A stretch of DNA of 64,000 nucleotides, taken from assembly GCF_036321535.1 (NCBI RefSeq), contig NC_087437.1:109494001-109558000 (forward strand). Direction: 5' to 3'. The notes under the pieces were generated by a model. That model was not told where the DNA came from. It saw only the letters and a list, made by a program, of their open reading frames with translations, and made no database searches. The stretch comes from Camelus dromedarius (taxonomy: Eukaryota). Within the stretch, counting starts at the first letter, position 1; every line of letters begins with the position of its first letter. Position numbers and translations under genes: made by a program. Shown here piece by piece: positions 25,420 through 39,225 of this stretch.

Positions 25420-25930
25420 ACAGACCGTCACATCCCTTAGAGCCTCCTTATATTTCCCTTGTTGCTTTGCTAAGTCCGGTCTTACCTTGTATCAATCTCT
25501 ATAATGTAAATCTGGTATTTCTCTATGCTTTAAATGCTTCATTCACCTACCCTCTCTCATCCCCTTAGAAATGGGATTATGTTCCAGTCCCTTGAGACGC
25601 GTGAGATTTTTCAACATCTGCTCATCTAGTTTTCTAGTTCACTTCTTACCCATCACATGTCAGGTTTTAGTCACATGGACTAACTTGCATTTCCCCAAGT
25701 GCCCCAAGTCACGTGACATACCCAGGACTTCTGCAAATGCTTCTCTCTGTCTGCAAAGCCCTCTATCTCCAGCCTGTCCTTCAGAGCTTGGCCAGATCAC
25801 TGCCTTCTTCTACTCTCCTTGGATGGAGCTGCCTTCATCCACCCGCCTGACTGTGCTCTTTCTCTTCCTGAAGGCAGGGACTGTACCATCTTCAACTGGT
25901 TTTATGATTTAGTAAGATGCTTGGAGCAAG
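25420..25930 (+). mobile_element. L2 3' fragment
   Basis: ccaggacttctgcaaatgcttctctctgtctg and ttcctgaaggcagggactgt are L2-like motifs. Confidence 0.5.
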
Positions 25931-26216
25931 GCAGATAACCAACTTACAATAACAACAACAATATGAAATCCACCACTTTTAGAGCACTTAAAAATCATGA
26001 GGCACTCTGCAAAGCTGCCTTTATCTGTTTTAACTCATTTTATTCCAGTGAACAAGGTAATATCTTCACTCTACAGATGATGAAAGCGAGTCCTAGAGAG
26101 ACTAAACAACCTGTTTAAGACTATGGGTTATAACTGGAATAGCCAGGACGCAACCGAGTTTTGAGCTAATGTTTTCACTGTATAAGTGGATCAGAGACGG
26201 AAAAAGGGGAAGAAAA

Positions 26217-26326
<110 letters not shown>

Positions 26327-26914
26327 AAGTCTAGTCTCTGTCACGTGCTTTCAGTGTAAATTATGAAGAAGACATACACATGGAAGCATTGCTGGTGGTC
26401 CATGTATGTTGCTGTGGGGGATTAAAAAAAAAAAAGACCACAGGCTAAGAATTTTGAGTTATGGCTCTTGGGGTTTGCTCAAGATCTGCACACAGGAAGA
26501 AGTGAGGGGAGGTGACTTCCGGAGAAAGCCAATTATTGTCATCTCAATTGTAGAAGATCTCTTTTGTAGATGAGTGTAATTCAAGACTCCTTCAGCCCAG
26601 TGCTACAGAAAAACAGTGGAAGACTGAACTCGATACGTTTATGGGCAGTCAGGGAGAGGCTTTGAAGAAGAGATGGAACTCCAGGGGTACTGAGGTTACC
26701 AAGAATTCAAGTAACAGTAGGGTAGAGGGAGTTGTAAAGACAAGGGATGAGGTTAGACATAAAGATATACAGGAATTTGTAGCCAAACTGTTTAAATGTA
26801 CTGAAAGTCATTGAATAAAAACAAAACTCTATGGAGTTTTGCATGTCAGGACTTTCAGGGATTTCAATATGCTAAAATCCCCTGAGACTGCAGGAAAGGG
26901 GGGCGGCAACTCTA

Positions 26915-27140
26915 TGTTTAAGTGTGTGGGTCCCAGAGTCTGACATCCCAGGGCTCAAATCCTGGCTCTGATTCTTACCAGTTAAGTAACCTTGGATACA
27001 TCCCTTATCTTATTCTAGGCCTTAGTTTGTCTTTTCATCTATTAGTCAACTATGTAGAGTTGTAAGAATTAAATAATACAAAGCATATACGTTCTTAGTG
27101 TCTGGTACAAAGAAAATCCCCAACGGCTATGGGCTATTTG
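26915..27140 (+). mobile_element. MIR SINE
   Basis: gggctcaaatcctggctctg...cttaccagttaagtaaccttgg...gttgtaagaattaaat. Confidence 0.7.
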
Positions 27141-28369
27141 AAGATCACATTACTCAGCATATTCTAACTTCTAAACTTCTAACTTACTTGGTCAGGAACC
27201 TTTTCTTTCCTTTTCTTTTTTAAAACTGTGACACATTTAGCAGGACAAAGATTCTGGAATATCTTCGGGAAATATTGCTGTAGTGAAATATTGCCCATGA
27301 GATAACTTGGGACCAGTTCTGGAGCCTTGAACGTCAGGACAAGTTAGACTTTATCTTATGAAAAGATGGCAAGTTACCAACTGACCAGGGGGATGGTGTG
27401 TTGAAGCAGAGTTTTAGGGAAGTGCATAGCATAACCTGGGTGGGAGAAAATTGAGCAGGGCAACCAATTGGCAGGTAAGTGTCTAGTTCCTTAAATGGAA
27501 ATAAGAGGCAAAACAGGGTTGGTAGAACATGGTGATGTGGTTGAATGTGATAGACACCACAGAGCTGCAGATGGAACGTGGCAATTGATTATCAGTAGCA
27601 ACTGGTTTCCATACTTTGTAAACTTCAACAGACACGTTGGTTCATGATTACACTGAAATCATGAAAGCCTGCTATTTTGAAGTTTCAGAAAATATTTTCA
27701 AAACTATTGTTTACTAAGAAGAGTCATGGTATTGATTTTGGTATTTTTCCTATCATAGGTCATATATAGTAGTTCCAGTTTTTAAAAGAAATGTTTGTGT
27801 GTCTGCACATTCATGTGTATGTACACTTTGTTTCTTTTGTCAATTCATTCTTCTTGTTTCCTTCAAATTAATTAAGTTTGCAAAGGGTAGATTTATTTTT
27901 ACCTTAGCACCACTTTATCTATACTCCTCCCTAATTATAGCCTGTGTTCACTGGATGTCTGAGGAACAGACTACTGTTTAGTGCCTCTGTAATTGGCTCA
28001 AGAAAACACTTCAAGTCTCTGAGCCATCATTTCCACCAGGATTCCTGGTAGAAATGATTACTCTCTATCTTCACTCAGTGATGCACTGAAATCAATAATC
28101 ACAGCACATTTCCCAGATGTCAAGAGGATTTTGTTCTAGGATAGAAGTGAGAGCTGGATTTGACTCCAGCGTAGCCTTGATTTGAATCACCTTCTGCTGC
28201 TCTCAGTGGCACTATTTTCTATTAGTTGTCACTCATGTTGGTAGATCCCAAGTACCTTTGTACTCAGCTGCAGTGGCATCCTCTGGGCTGCAGCAACCAT
28301 CATGGTTTCCTTAAGGTCTCAGTACGTGCCTCCACTTAGGGTAGCTTCTGGAAAGAGTGACTCCCAGCA

Positions 28370-28500
28370 CTTCCTCTTTTCTTCCTCCTTTCCTCCTCCT
28401 CTTGCTCCTGCTCCTTCTTTTTCTCCTCCTGTCCCTCATCCGCCTATCTTCCCTGTCCTCTGCATCCTTGTCTGTTCTTCTTCCTTTCTTTTATTTATTT
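28370..28500. repeat. C/T-rich low-complexity (CCT-like) tract
   Basis: ttcctcttttcttcctcctttcctcctcctcttgctcctgctcc... Confidence 0.8.
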
Positions 28501-28952
28501 TTTTAAGCCACCATATACTTAGAGTCCATCATGACCTGGATACCATATTGGGCCCTTTTATATATTTATCTCAGTTTAATTTGATACAACCTTTTGAGGC
28601 AGAAATTATAATGCCCATTTCAGAGATGAGAAAATAAAATCTCAGAAATATTCACTTGGATTTTGGAGCCTGGCTGACTCTAAAGTTCATACTAATTCCT
28701 GAAAACAGTGGTGGCAACTCCTCATACTGGAGGTTCCTTGTTGTGGTACATAATGGCCTTCATCATGAGGTGTTTTGATTATTCCTGCTGAAAAAGCTGG
28801 GACATCTGTCTGGTCTCTCAATTAAAGAGTGCACAGTTATCCTGGACAGGCACTTGGTGCAGACTCCCACCTGAACTGCCACTGCTCTGTGAAACTGTAA
28901 GCCATTCCTTCAAGGATGACTTTGTCAATTAGGTATAGGGTCACCCTTGACG

Positions 28953-28996
28953 GTTTTGTTTTGTTTTGTTTTGTTTTGTTTTGTTTTGTTTTGTTT
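28953..28996. repeat. (GTTTT)n pentanucleotide repeat
   Basis: About 9 units, directly visible. Confidence 0.95.
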
Positions 28997-29030
28997 CATT
29001 ACACTGTCCCAAAAAGATAGATGGAAGGAC

Positions 29031-29531
29031 TGAGGATTAATCAAGGTTTTCCAGAAAACAGAACAAACCAATAGGATGTATAGATAGAGAGACAGGTATT
29101 ATAATAATTGACCCATATGGTTATGGAGGCTGAGAAGTAGCAATCTGTCCTCTGTAAGCTGGAGAACCAGGAAAGCCAGTGGTGGAATTCAGTCTCAAGT
29201 CTAAGGCCTGAGAATCAGGGAGTCATTGATATCAGTTCCTGAGTCCAAAGGCCAGAGAACCAGGAACTCCAATGTTCAAGGACAAGAAAATATCAACACT
29301 CCAGCTCAAGAAGGGAGAATGCATCCTTCCTTTGCCTTTTTGTTCTAATCAGCCCCCAAGTGGATTGGATGATGCCACAATGGGGAGGGCACATCTTCTT
29401 TTACTCAGTCTACTAAGTCAAATGTGAATCTCTTCCAAGAACAGCCTCAGAGACGTACTTAGCAACAATGTTTTACCAGCTATCTGGGCACCCTTTATCC
29501 CAGTCAAGTTGACATATAAAATTAAACATCA
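29031..29531 (-). mobile_element. MLT2-type ERVL solo LTR
   Basis: Ends in cccagtcaagttgacatataaaattaaacatca, the reverse complement of the MLT2 5' end. Internal ttatggaggctgagaag and agctggagaaccaggaaagccagtggtg. Confidence 0.88.
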
Positions 29532-31889
29532 AGTATATATGAGTTATATATATAAGAAAGGAATAATATATATAAGATTGTAGAGAGGATATATATGATT
29601 ATATATATATATATATTTATATATATATAAATATGAGTTCATATTTGTGGTTTTATCTTTCTATCTGTCTCCTGGCAACTGTTACTACTAGGTACATAGA
29701 TGCTTTGAACAGATATTTGGACTTTTCTTATTGAAAGTGCTCAGTGATATCTGGCATGCACTGAGTAATCAGTAGCTGGTAATAATCTTTCCTTCCCTTC
29801 CCTTTTTCCTTACATCAAATACATTATCCGCACCCTCCACCAAAATATATAGCAATTTATTTGTGTCCCATTTGTCCCAAGTTTTGAATGCTGTAATTAT
29901 CTTGATTCCACAGATGCTCTGACGATATCAGAATCTAACCCCTACCAGCAATGTATTTTTCAATAATTTATTCTTTCCTTGCAAATTATATTCAGCATGC
30001 CTGCTCTTTATGCTGCTTTTCCTATATTTGCTGGAATTCACGTCTTATGATGCTTGCATTGCCTTGGGAAGGGTTATCTGTTGGAATTACACCAATGTTA
30101 TCCCAGTGCTATTAAATCTGTGATGCAGTTTCATTTAATATCTTCTTTTGAAGTTCATTTTGGAATCAGAGTTAGAAACTCATATAAACTTTATTTTTTT
30201 AACAGAATCTGTAACATTTTTGAAAATTCTTTACTTTTACCACATACATAAATTGAATAAAGTTTAATCATTTCTTTAGCTTTTGGAAAATAATTATGGT
30301 TCATCAACTATGCTTCCTAGAGGAGTCACTGAACCAAGAATACACTCTACATGATAAATTATAATCTACTTAATAACCAGCAAATTAAGGAGAGCTAGCG
30401 CAAAGGAATGTAAACAAATAACCTCTGAACATAAAGCCTTCTTTAACACAAAAGGAGACCTTCCCAAAAGATACATGGTTAAAGGTATACGTTCAACTAT
30501 ATTTAGAATAAAAACTTGCTAAAATATTCCTAAACTGTATCTTTTAAAAATCTGTATCTCCATATGCCATGACAAGCATCAATATTTATTTATGCATTTG
30601 CAGCAAAAGCAGTGATGTCTTTCTCCTCAGAAATAAAATGCTCTATAGCTCCTTTATATTTTATAACTTTAAAATTTCATTGAAGTTAGCTGAGGAATAG
30701 TGCAGAGGTGTAGTCTTCTTTGTGAACGAATTTTAATTCTTAATTAATCATTTTTATAAATTTATTGCAGAGGGGTCTTTTGAGGATTAATGAGACAATA
30801 TTTCAAAGCATTTTCTCATTAATTCTCTAAATCTTGGGTAACAGGCTTTAGCTAACATAAGAAGGATTATATTACTATTATTCACAATAAGAAAGCTAGA
30901 ATATCAAGTAATTCCTTAACTAAATTTTGTAGGATGAAATATATAAATCACTAAGAGTTGAATTATTAAGTTTAAATGGCACCAGTCCACAAAATGATAT
31001 CTCATGCTATATTACAGATTGTGAATTAGATCATTTCAGAGTTTCACAACGAATCATATTGGAAATACTTGGTGACATACACATCCCATATTATTGTTTT
31101 ATGTGGTCAGTGCTGTTTTGTACATCAAGATTTCATTCTTAACATGATTATTGTAATACACAGTATCCAACCCAACCTAAAGCTTGTTATTTTGTGGTTG
31201 TGTCTTAGTTGAGAATCATTAAATCAAACTTAGGAGCAGTGTAACTGAACACAAAGCATGTTGTACCTAGTAAGCCTATGAGACACAGAGATGAGAAAGT
31301 CACCTTTTGTACCTTTCACAATCAAGTAAAAAAAATCCAGCCTGGCAATATATCTTGAGAAAAGAACCATTAAAGACACAATAAAGACAGTCCGAAAATG
31401 CTTCTGAATATGGATGGGATGTAGTAAGATTAATTCTGTCTAAGCTATGCCCTGGGAAGGCTCTTTGGAGAAAACGTTTGGAAGATATTAAGCATAGAGG
31501 GCATTTCCATAAGAAGACGTGGAAGTAAGGGTATCTTTCCTGGGAACAGGTGAAAGCAGAGAGGTGGGAAAGTACAACATAGCAGAATTAGTGGGAGAAT
31601 GGAGAGTAAATAAATGCCCTTGTTTACTTGCACTGCATGTAAGGGACAGCAGGGAAGGGAGGAGCGATGGCCTCAACAAGAGCTAATGAGGAAGTGAACT
31701 TCAGAAGTGTCTGGGAAAATGTGCTCAACAGACCTTTACTTAGCATGTCACGTATGCTGGGAGAAGGGGGCTGGAAGGTGAAGGAGATCACACTGCAGTG
31801 TGCTTGGGGCTGCGGTGGATGTAGGCATAGGGTACCACAGAAACATTCGGTGGGGGGCACCTCCCTGGAAAGTGGCTGGGAAGGAGCAC

Positions 31890-32350
31890 TCAAAGGGAAG
31901 TGGAGGATGTCAGCGAAAGGAACCAGGTTAAGAGACTTCAAAGGTGAAGCCACAGAATTCAGCCACTGAATTGTTGAAGGAGGATCAGAAAAGAGAGAAG
32001 TTGATAAAAGATGAATCTGAAATTCCTGATTTGAAACCCGAGGGTCTGAGACTGTCCATGCCGTCAGCAGAATTAAGAAACACAGAAGAAGGAACAACTT
32101 TGAGTAGAAGACAGAGGGTTCAGCTGTGGACACGTTGGGTTTGAAACAAGTTGAGGAAAACCTAACTGGAAATCTTCCGAACGCAGGAGCAATTGGTGAT
32201 CTGGCGTCTACGGGGGAAGCCAGGTAAGGAGGCATCTATGTGGGAGTCTTCATTACAGAGAAGGCTGAAACGATGGAATCCAGAGAAGCTTAAGGGTGAA
32301 GCAAGCTGCCAAAGAGGAAGAAGAGCTGGTGAAAGCAATTAAGAAGGCAC
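31890..32350 (-). mobile_element. L2 fragment
   Basis: gagggttcagctgtggacacgttgggtttga and related antisense L2 motifs. Confidence 0.6.
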
Positions 32351-35300
32351 TGTTTACACCAGTCACACAGGCATCCTTAGGCTTAAATGTACAATAAGCT
32401 CTTGTTATAAATGTAAGGCGGATTTGCTCTAATGTGAATTACTCACATGCTCTTAAAATTAAATCGCACAATTCGTCAAAAAAAAAAAAAAATTTATACA
32501 AGTCAGATAGCGGAAAGCTACCAAATATCCTGGAGTGAGTTTGCGTGTACCTAAGCATATCTGACAACTTTAAGAGAAATTATCTTCTTCACTATTTTTC
32601 TTTTAATTAAGTGTGTTTAGGTTTGGCTCCAGAATTTTATTCATCTTCTTAAAACCTGATGATTGTAATGTTGATTCATGGTTTCTCAACTAGTGCCGAT
32701 TTTTTTCCCCTAAAGTTAAAACTAGTAGGAGAATTAGCAGATCCAATCATCCATCTAGAGACACTTTAGGAAAAACAGTAGCTCATTAAAGAGTTATTTT
32801 ATTCAAAGGAGATAGGATAATAAGGCCAGGCAATTTTGTAACTGTCTTCAATTCATTTCCTTTAGATGCAAGGTAATAACAACCTCTTCACACGGCTCTA
32901 GTTCTTTGAATTTTTTTTTTTAACTAAATGCTTGAAATTAAACAGGAGATGAAGGAAAACTCAAGCAAACAATCTCAAAGACCTATTAGCATTTAACCTC
33001 TTAATCTTATGTAGTGAAAAGTGTTTACATATACAATTGTTACAACAATGATTCCCCAAAGCCCTTGGGGGGGCCTCTATTTTACAGAGGGGCCATATTT
33101 TCAAAATGCAATTTTTATAATAACCCAAATCAGGAAACGAAATTACTCAAACTTCACTGTATTTTAAACGTAGCACTACTTCACCTCTAATGTAATCAAA
33201 TATTGAGGTGTTAAATGAAATTATAAATTTTAAGTCTTTACTACTGAATATACCATTTATATCTCTTAAGCATTGACAAGATGAAAATATTTACCTTTTT
33301 ATTTGTCAGCAAAGTTTAATTTAAAAAACACCCTTATTAGAAAAATCTTTACCAAGTCATTTCATGTTACTTTGAATCAGAATGATTTTATTTCTCTGCC
33401 AAGGAAATGCAGTCAACTTCAGCTGCGCATTAAGAATAATGGACTAGCAAGATAGCAAATTCCAATTTCCTATGATCAGAGAATCTTATTACCTTTATCC
33501 TCTCTCTTCCTTCCTGTTCACATAGGAAGTTAAAAGATGCTTTTCAGTTTGAATTTGCTTAGCTCTACATTATCCTAAGTGAAAGGTGATGTTCTGGGGA
33601 CTGGCCAAGCACTAAGAAATGCAGTTCCAAAGCCCAAGTTTATTTCTGGTTGCTGTTAAATTTCCCCATTTGTTGTTAAATGTGCAGACTGCAAAGTAGC
33701 ATATTGTTCATGACAACTCTGCACAATGGTGGAGATCTGCAGATGGTGTGTCTTTTCAAATATGATAAATGCCTAATTTAATGGTGATTTGTGGCAATCA
33801 GGACAATGCTGCAGGCTCCTCGAGCTCAGAGATGTCTTGGTGGTAGATCCAGGGGCAGCAGATGGGCTCAGGCCCGTGTGTGAGCTTGTAGCAAATGTTA
33901 CACGCTTTAATCTTAAAGCTGAAAGAGACCACCATTCTTATAAATGAGCAGATGGAAGTCCAGGAAGGTTAGGTGATAGGGCCAAGCTTTTTGGGGCTTG
34001 TAGCACTCCAGGTCGGGGGCCACTGGGCAATACCAATGAGATTTGTTTTGAGAAGCATCTGGGGGACAACAACGTCAAGACTGAATTTCCGTAGACAAAT
34101 CTAAGCCTGATTTGTCTTTATAACCCAGCATAGATTCTGACACACTGTAAATATCAATAAGTGTTTATAGAATGGAAATGAATGGATTAAAATAATTTAA
34201 ATTACCCTGAACCATCTGTAACTTTTTCTGGTAGTCTCCCCTTTATGATGGCTTTGCCTTATTTCTCCTCTAATTAATGCCCAATCTATTCGCCCTATCT
34301 GCTAGATACCTTCCCCCTGATGCTGAAATGTTATGGGGTGTATGTTTATTTGTGCTTACTAAGCAGATTAGGCTAATAGGATTAAAAAACAATACTTTTT
34401 CCCCCCTGGGAATTCAACCACAATGCAGAACTGAAAAAAGAAAGTGGGCTTCAGAGTCTGAAGATTCTTAGTTTTCAAAGGAAGAATTAAGGATCAGAAA
34501 GGCTGAGTGGCTTACTCTGGACCACAAGTAGATGAGCAACTTGTTCCACATGAAGGTTATATTCATCTAACACATGTATCTGGAACTCTGTTGGAAATAT
34601 TTACATACAAAATCATGCTTCACAATGACTAGGTTCCTCATTTTTTACAGCAGACTAAGAAGCCAATACCCAGAGAGCTTAAGGCACAAACAGAAGGTTC
34701 CCTCACTAACAGGAAGTGAAATTGGAATGTAAATCAGGATCATCTGATTTCCTGTCCCTTTCTCTTTCTACTCTCCTGTGACGTGACTGCTTTGGCCCGA
34801 GTGGGAACTTGAGCTCCTTCCATGAGTTGGACTCATTCTTCGATATAAAAGATGACAAGTGTTTATCAGCTTTGGTAATCAGTTGTTTCCCAACATGGTA
34901 TCAAAATACTATGTCATTTTTCATTCAGGAAAAAAAGATAAAAACACGTACACACTTATCTATCAGTGGCACATTTTCCATTTTCTTTGCACCACCATCG
35001 ATTGGTTTAGCTCTTCCACTCATTTATTGAGCCCCCATGATAAACCATACACATGAGGCAAGATAGTGGGAATTCAAAAATTAATAAAACTTAGTTCTTT
35101 GTGTCAGGGGATTCATAGAATAGACAGGGGTAAGAGTGGGGGAAAGCCTTTAGAGAGAAAAATGAAGATAATGGTGGTAATAATAAATAGAGAAATAAGC
35201 AAGAAAGTCTAAACAGCTACTTTTAGGTTGTTTAAGAAGAGACGGGATATTTTGGTGGTTTCACTGTTTGGAAAAGGTTGACATTATCTTATGTATGATA

Positions 35301-36134
35301 AATCTTTAGATGATATGATATAAAGTGTATTCAAGAGGGTAGATTGACTGTCATAGAAACTTGGCATAAATTTCACTTTCTTGGTTTCATTCCTGTCCTC
35401 CATACCCAATTCCAAGGTTCCCTGATGACTACCATATTAGTCTTAGGTAAATTTTTTAGCTTTTAAAAAAGCCTGGCCCACAATCAGTCTTTCCCAACAT
35501 TCACTAACATCAAAGACTTCGTTGGCCATTTCCTTCTTTGTCCATTGCCCTTCCCCTCTGTCACTGAGGAAATGTTTTCATGTTAGAAATGTTTCCTAAT
35601 TGAGGAGGATGTTGAAAGAGAAGAGGGCTGCTGGTTAAGAATTACTCATGTTGTCTCCCTCCCAATTCTGTGCTCCGACAATGACACTCTAATTTATGGG
35701 TTGACCACTGAGAGGACAAGTCCATGATGGGGCAGACCCCAGAGGAATGATCATGATCAGTCTTTATCATCTCATCATCCCATCTATAAGCTTTCTTCAT
35801 ATATTACTGCCGAGGCAACTTGTTTGTCCACCACAGGAATGAATTTACTACAGGCTTCCCCATCTCTTATGACCTCAAGTTGTTGGCATATTGGAAGTGT
35901 CCTTATGAACATCAAAGTCTTACTCAAGTTCTGAAGGCCCAAGTCAAGTGCAACTTCCTCTAGAAGAACTTGCTTTCATTGTGTGATCTGAATCAACTGA
36001 CCTTTCACTTCTATCCAGAACATGACAAAGATTTATAGTTAGTATGTATAATGATATTTTGCAAATTGGAATGGACCTTAAAGTTTTATTCAAGATATGT
36101 AAGGACTGGCATTCTTATCTGTATCTTTCAACAT

Positions 36135-36458
36135 ATTCATAAAATACATATTTGGTAAGTACCTACTGTGTGCCAAGTGTTATTCTTAGTTCTGAAGATA
36201 GAGTGACCACAGATATAGATGATTCCCACTATGTGTAACTTAAGAAAAGTTAAGACAACATAAACATAATCATACATGTCACAGTGTGCTGTGAGCAATG
36301 GAAAAAAAAAAAAACAAGCAGGGTGATATTCTAAAGAGTATATATTTGGTGATGATGGGGAGAGGATGAGTGAGGAGGTAAGCGTTTTCAAAAGAGATAA
36401 CATTTATATAATGAAGGGACCAGCCATGTAAAGAGCCACCTACAATGCGCTTCAGGCA
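36135..36458 (-). mobile_element. L2 3' fragment (host of the adjacent MLT1)
   Basis: catatttggtaagtacctactgtgtgccaagtgt is the antisense L2 tail, and L2-like sequence resumes near 36945. Confidence 0.6.
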
Positions 36459-36459
36459 G

Positions 36460-36940
36460 TGTGATGGATGAAAGATGGCCACAAATCACTTGCCTCTCTT
36501 CCCTTTAGCTTTTTGCTTGGCCTGGGATTTGCTTTGACCAGTAGAATGTGGTGGATGACCCCATGTACCTTCTGAGGCCAGACCACAGAGATCAGCAACT
36601 TTCTCTTTTATGAGTTCAAACACTCTCTCTCAGACCCAACCATATGCTTGAGAAGTCCAAGCCACACAATTTGATCACAGTGAGGAGGACAAAAGCATTG
36701 TGGTTGACAGCCTCAGGTTAGCTCCCAGATGACAGCCAGCACCAACTGCCAGCCATGGGAATAAGCCATCTTGGCGGTTCCAACCCACTAGAGGACTGCA
36801 ATCCCAGCAGTACTGCACAAAGCAGAACCACCCAGCTGAGCTCAGTAAATGCACAGAATCAGGGAGGGAATGCATGATTTTGTTTGTTTGTTTGTTTAAG
36901 CTACTGAGCAGAGGAGTGGTTTGCTAAGTAGTGATATGTG
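36460..36940 (+). mobile_element. MLT1 (G/H-like) MaLR solo LTR
   Basis: tgtgatggatgaaagatggccacaaa start; ttgctttgaccagtagaatgtgg; gacagccagcaccaactgccagccatg; gtttaagctactgag near the end. Confidence 0.82.
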
Positions 36941-38999
36941 AAAGAGGTAGTTCAGGAAGCATGTGTAAAAAATCTTATGAAGGGAAAGAGCTTGTCATTC
37001 AAAGAACAAAAATGAGCCTCCTTGAAGACACAGAATTATCTTATATGCATTTTCCCCAGCCAGTTGCTAGATGAATATGCATGAGTAACCATAAAGTTTC
37101 TTTCCATTTCTCCATCTAAAAAATTCTTATTTATCCTTTATAATTTGACTAAATGCTGGCCTCGCCATGAAATTATCTTCTATTTACTGTAATTTACATT
37201 TTGAGTTTTTTCCTTTTTCTTATCTGTTTTATACTAATAATCAGTGACATAAGTTGCTGCACTTTCTTGATGTCTGATTACTTTGTATGTGCTGCTGTTT
37301 TGTTTTTTTCTTCTTCCCAACTAGCTCCCAAGGTCCTTGAAGGCAGAAGTCTGTTCTTATCCTCAGTCGTAATCTCGTTTTGTCTCTAACATGGTGCTGG
37401 GCTCATTAAATCGCTGCTTGTCTGTTGCTATTACCTGAAGGACTCAATTCAATAGTAATTCAACAATTTTATGCCCACACAGAAGTGATGTTTAATATAT
37501 ATGAGAGGTAGCTTGATTCATTTAATGGTTTTCAAATATGAAGGAGGGTAGAAAAATATGTTTCTATATTCTGGATGTGGTTCCAGTTACCTAACTTCCA
37601 GCAACCATTTAAACTTACCTTATAAACTCCTGAGGTTCTGTGAAACAGTATAACACTTAGTATGTGAAATAGAAGCCTGGTGAGTCAAATAAAAATAATA
37701 GCTTTGCATTTGACCTTTAGCAAGTAAAGAATTCTCAGGTAGATAAACTTGCAATGGTTCTAGTTCATTAGGCTACTCAGCGATGCATCGACTAATGGTT
37801 GTTTCAGGAAAGAAAGTCGTAAGAACAAACCAGGGTCCTTACCACTGGACTCTAAGGTCCCAGATTTACCACAAAGGCAAGCAGTGCACATTGTCCTCCA
37901 AAAGGGAAAAGTGAAAATAAAACATGAAAACTCCTTTAACCATCCAAATCCGGATCCTGTTTAGAGATACACAAGACACCCAGGAAGGTAATAGCATAAG
38001 TAGGTTTAGAGTTAAAAAGAACACAGAGTATAATCCTGTGGGATTGTGAATGGAACTAGAAAGGTTGGTTCACAATAATTCAAACTTTTTTTAATATTTG
38101 TGTATTTCTTCCTAAAGCACTCTATTTTTCCCCCTCATTACAAGAAAGTTAGAACAGACACATTTAGAAGGCTTAGGAGAGCTGTGCTCTGCAGTGGAAA
38201 CCACAGAATAATTACAAAGGAAATACTTATGCCAAAGCCAAGCAAAACAACCCCTACAGGTTTCAACAGGCTTCCTTCAAGCCTAACTCTCCCTAAAAGG
38301 AGAAATGTATTATGCACCCTATTGATAAGAAATGAGATAGACACAAAAATCCTACTGACTCCCATGTTCTGCTCCATTTTAGACAAGGAAGCACATTGTC
38401 TCCTATTAAACAGGATTTTTCCTTTGTAATATGGTTCTATTATCTGTTCATATCATTGCTCTATAGGATGCTATGAATAAAACACATTACTTATAATAGA
38501 AGTTGAACAGAGAGCTGGGATGAATTTTCATACTCATATATTTTCAGACAAAGCCGTATTCCAACACATGATGTCATATTCTAAACACAAGAGTTTGCCC
38601 GTTATGAGCCCTTTCTTCCCAGGATACCTTTCAAAGTGAATCCCATGTAACTATCCTATTGTAAAAAATGTCTGCATATGAAGCAGCATCTTCTTAAACA
38701 GTTTAGCGTTTCTCTTGGTATGGTAGAGAGGTAGAACAGCTTGGGAGTATTTTTTTTTCCCACATGAGAAACTAATTTTGATCCCCCCTCCCCCCGTTCA
38801 AACTCATAACAGAGAAGCAGGAGAGACACTGATGATAGAATCAGGGAGAGAATTTCCTGGCAGCCATTCAGAGCTCTCAGTCTGTCATTTGATGACATAA
38901 TAGATGAGAAAACATGAGAGTGGAGGTCAAGTTTTCTAACCTATCAGATAAAGTTTGCACGCTCCTGAACCAATCATCAAGGAGTTCTGAACCAGGTGG

Positions 39000-39225
39000 C
39001 ATTAATAGTAATAACTATAAACAGCATAAAATGTAAACAACAAGCATGTAAACAACATGTCAGGTAGTGTGCAAGTTATGAGATAAAAGACAACAAAGCC
39101 TACTTCAAAGGTAAGTGTATGTACCCAGTAGGTGTAGCTGGAACAGTTAGTTAAGGGAAGGAAAGTAGTAATTATCCCTGTCTTAAAGATAAGAATTGAA
39201 ATTTAGGAGTTAAGAAGCTTGGTTA
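39000..39225 (-). mobile_element. Degenerate MIR whose middle is replaced by a 95 bp duplicated segment
   Basis: Left part (taatagtaataacta...catgtcaggtagtgt) and right part (attatccctgtcttaaagataagaattgaaatttaggagttaagaagctt) resemble consecutive parts of an antisense MIR. Confidence 0.45.
39070..39164 (+). repeat. Dispersed direct repeat, copy 1 (pairs with 41148-41245)
   Basis: Hand alignment gives ~80/95 identities plus one 3 bp indel. Confidence 0.92.

Noticed and set aside
31624..32235. 203 aa minus-strand ORF
   Set aside because: It overlaps decayed L2 sequence, has a P/S/L-biased composition typical of pyrimidine-rich non-coding DNA, and shows no recognisable domain.
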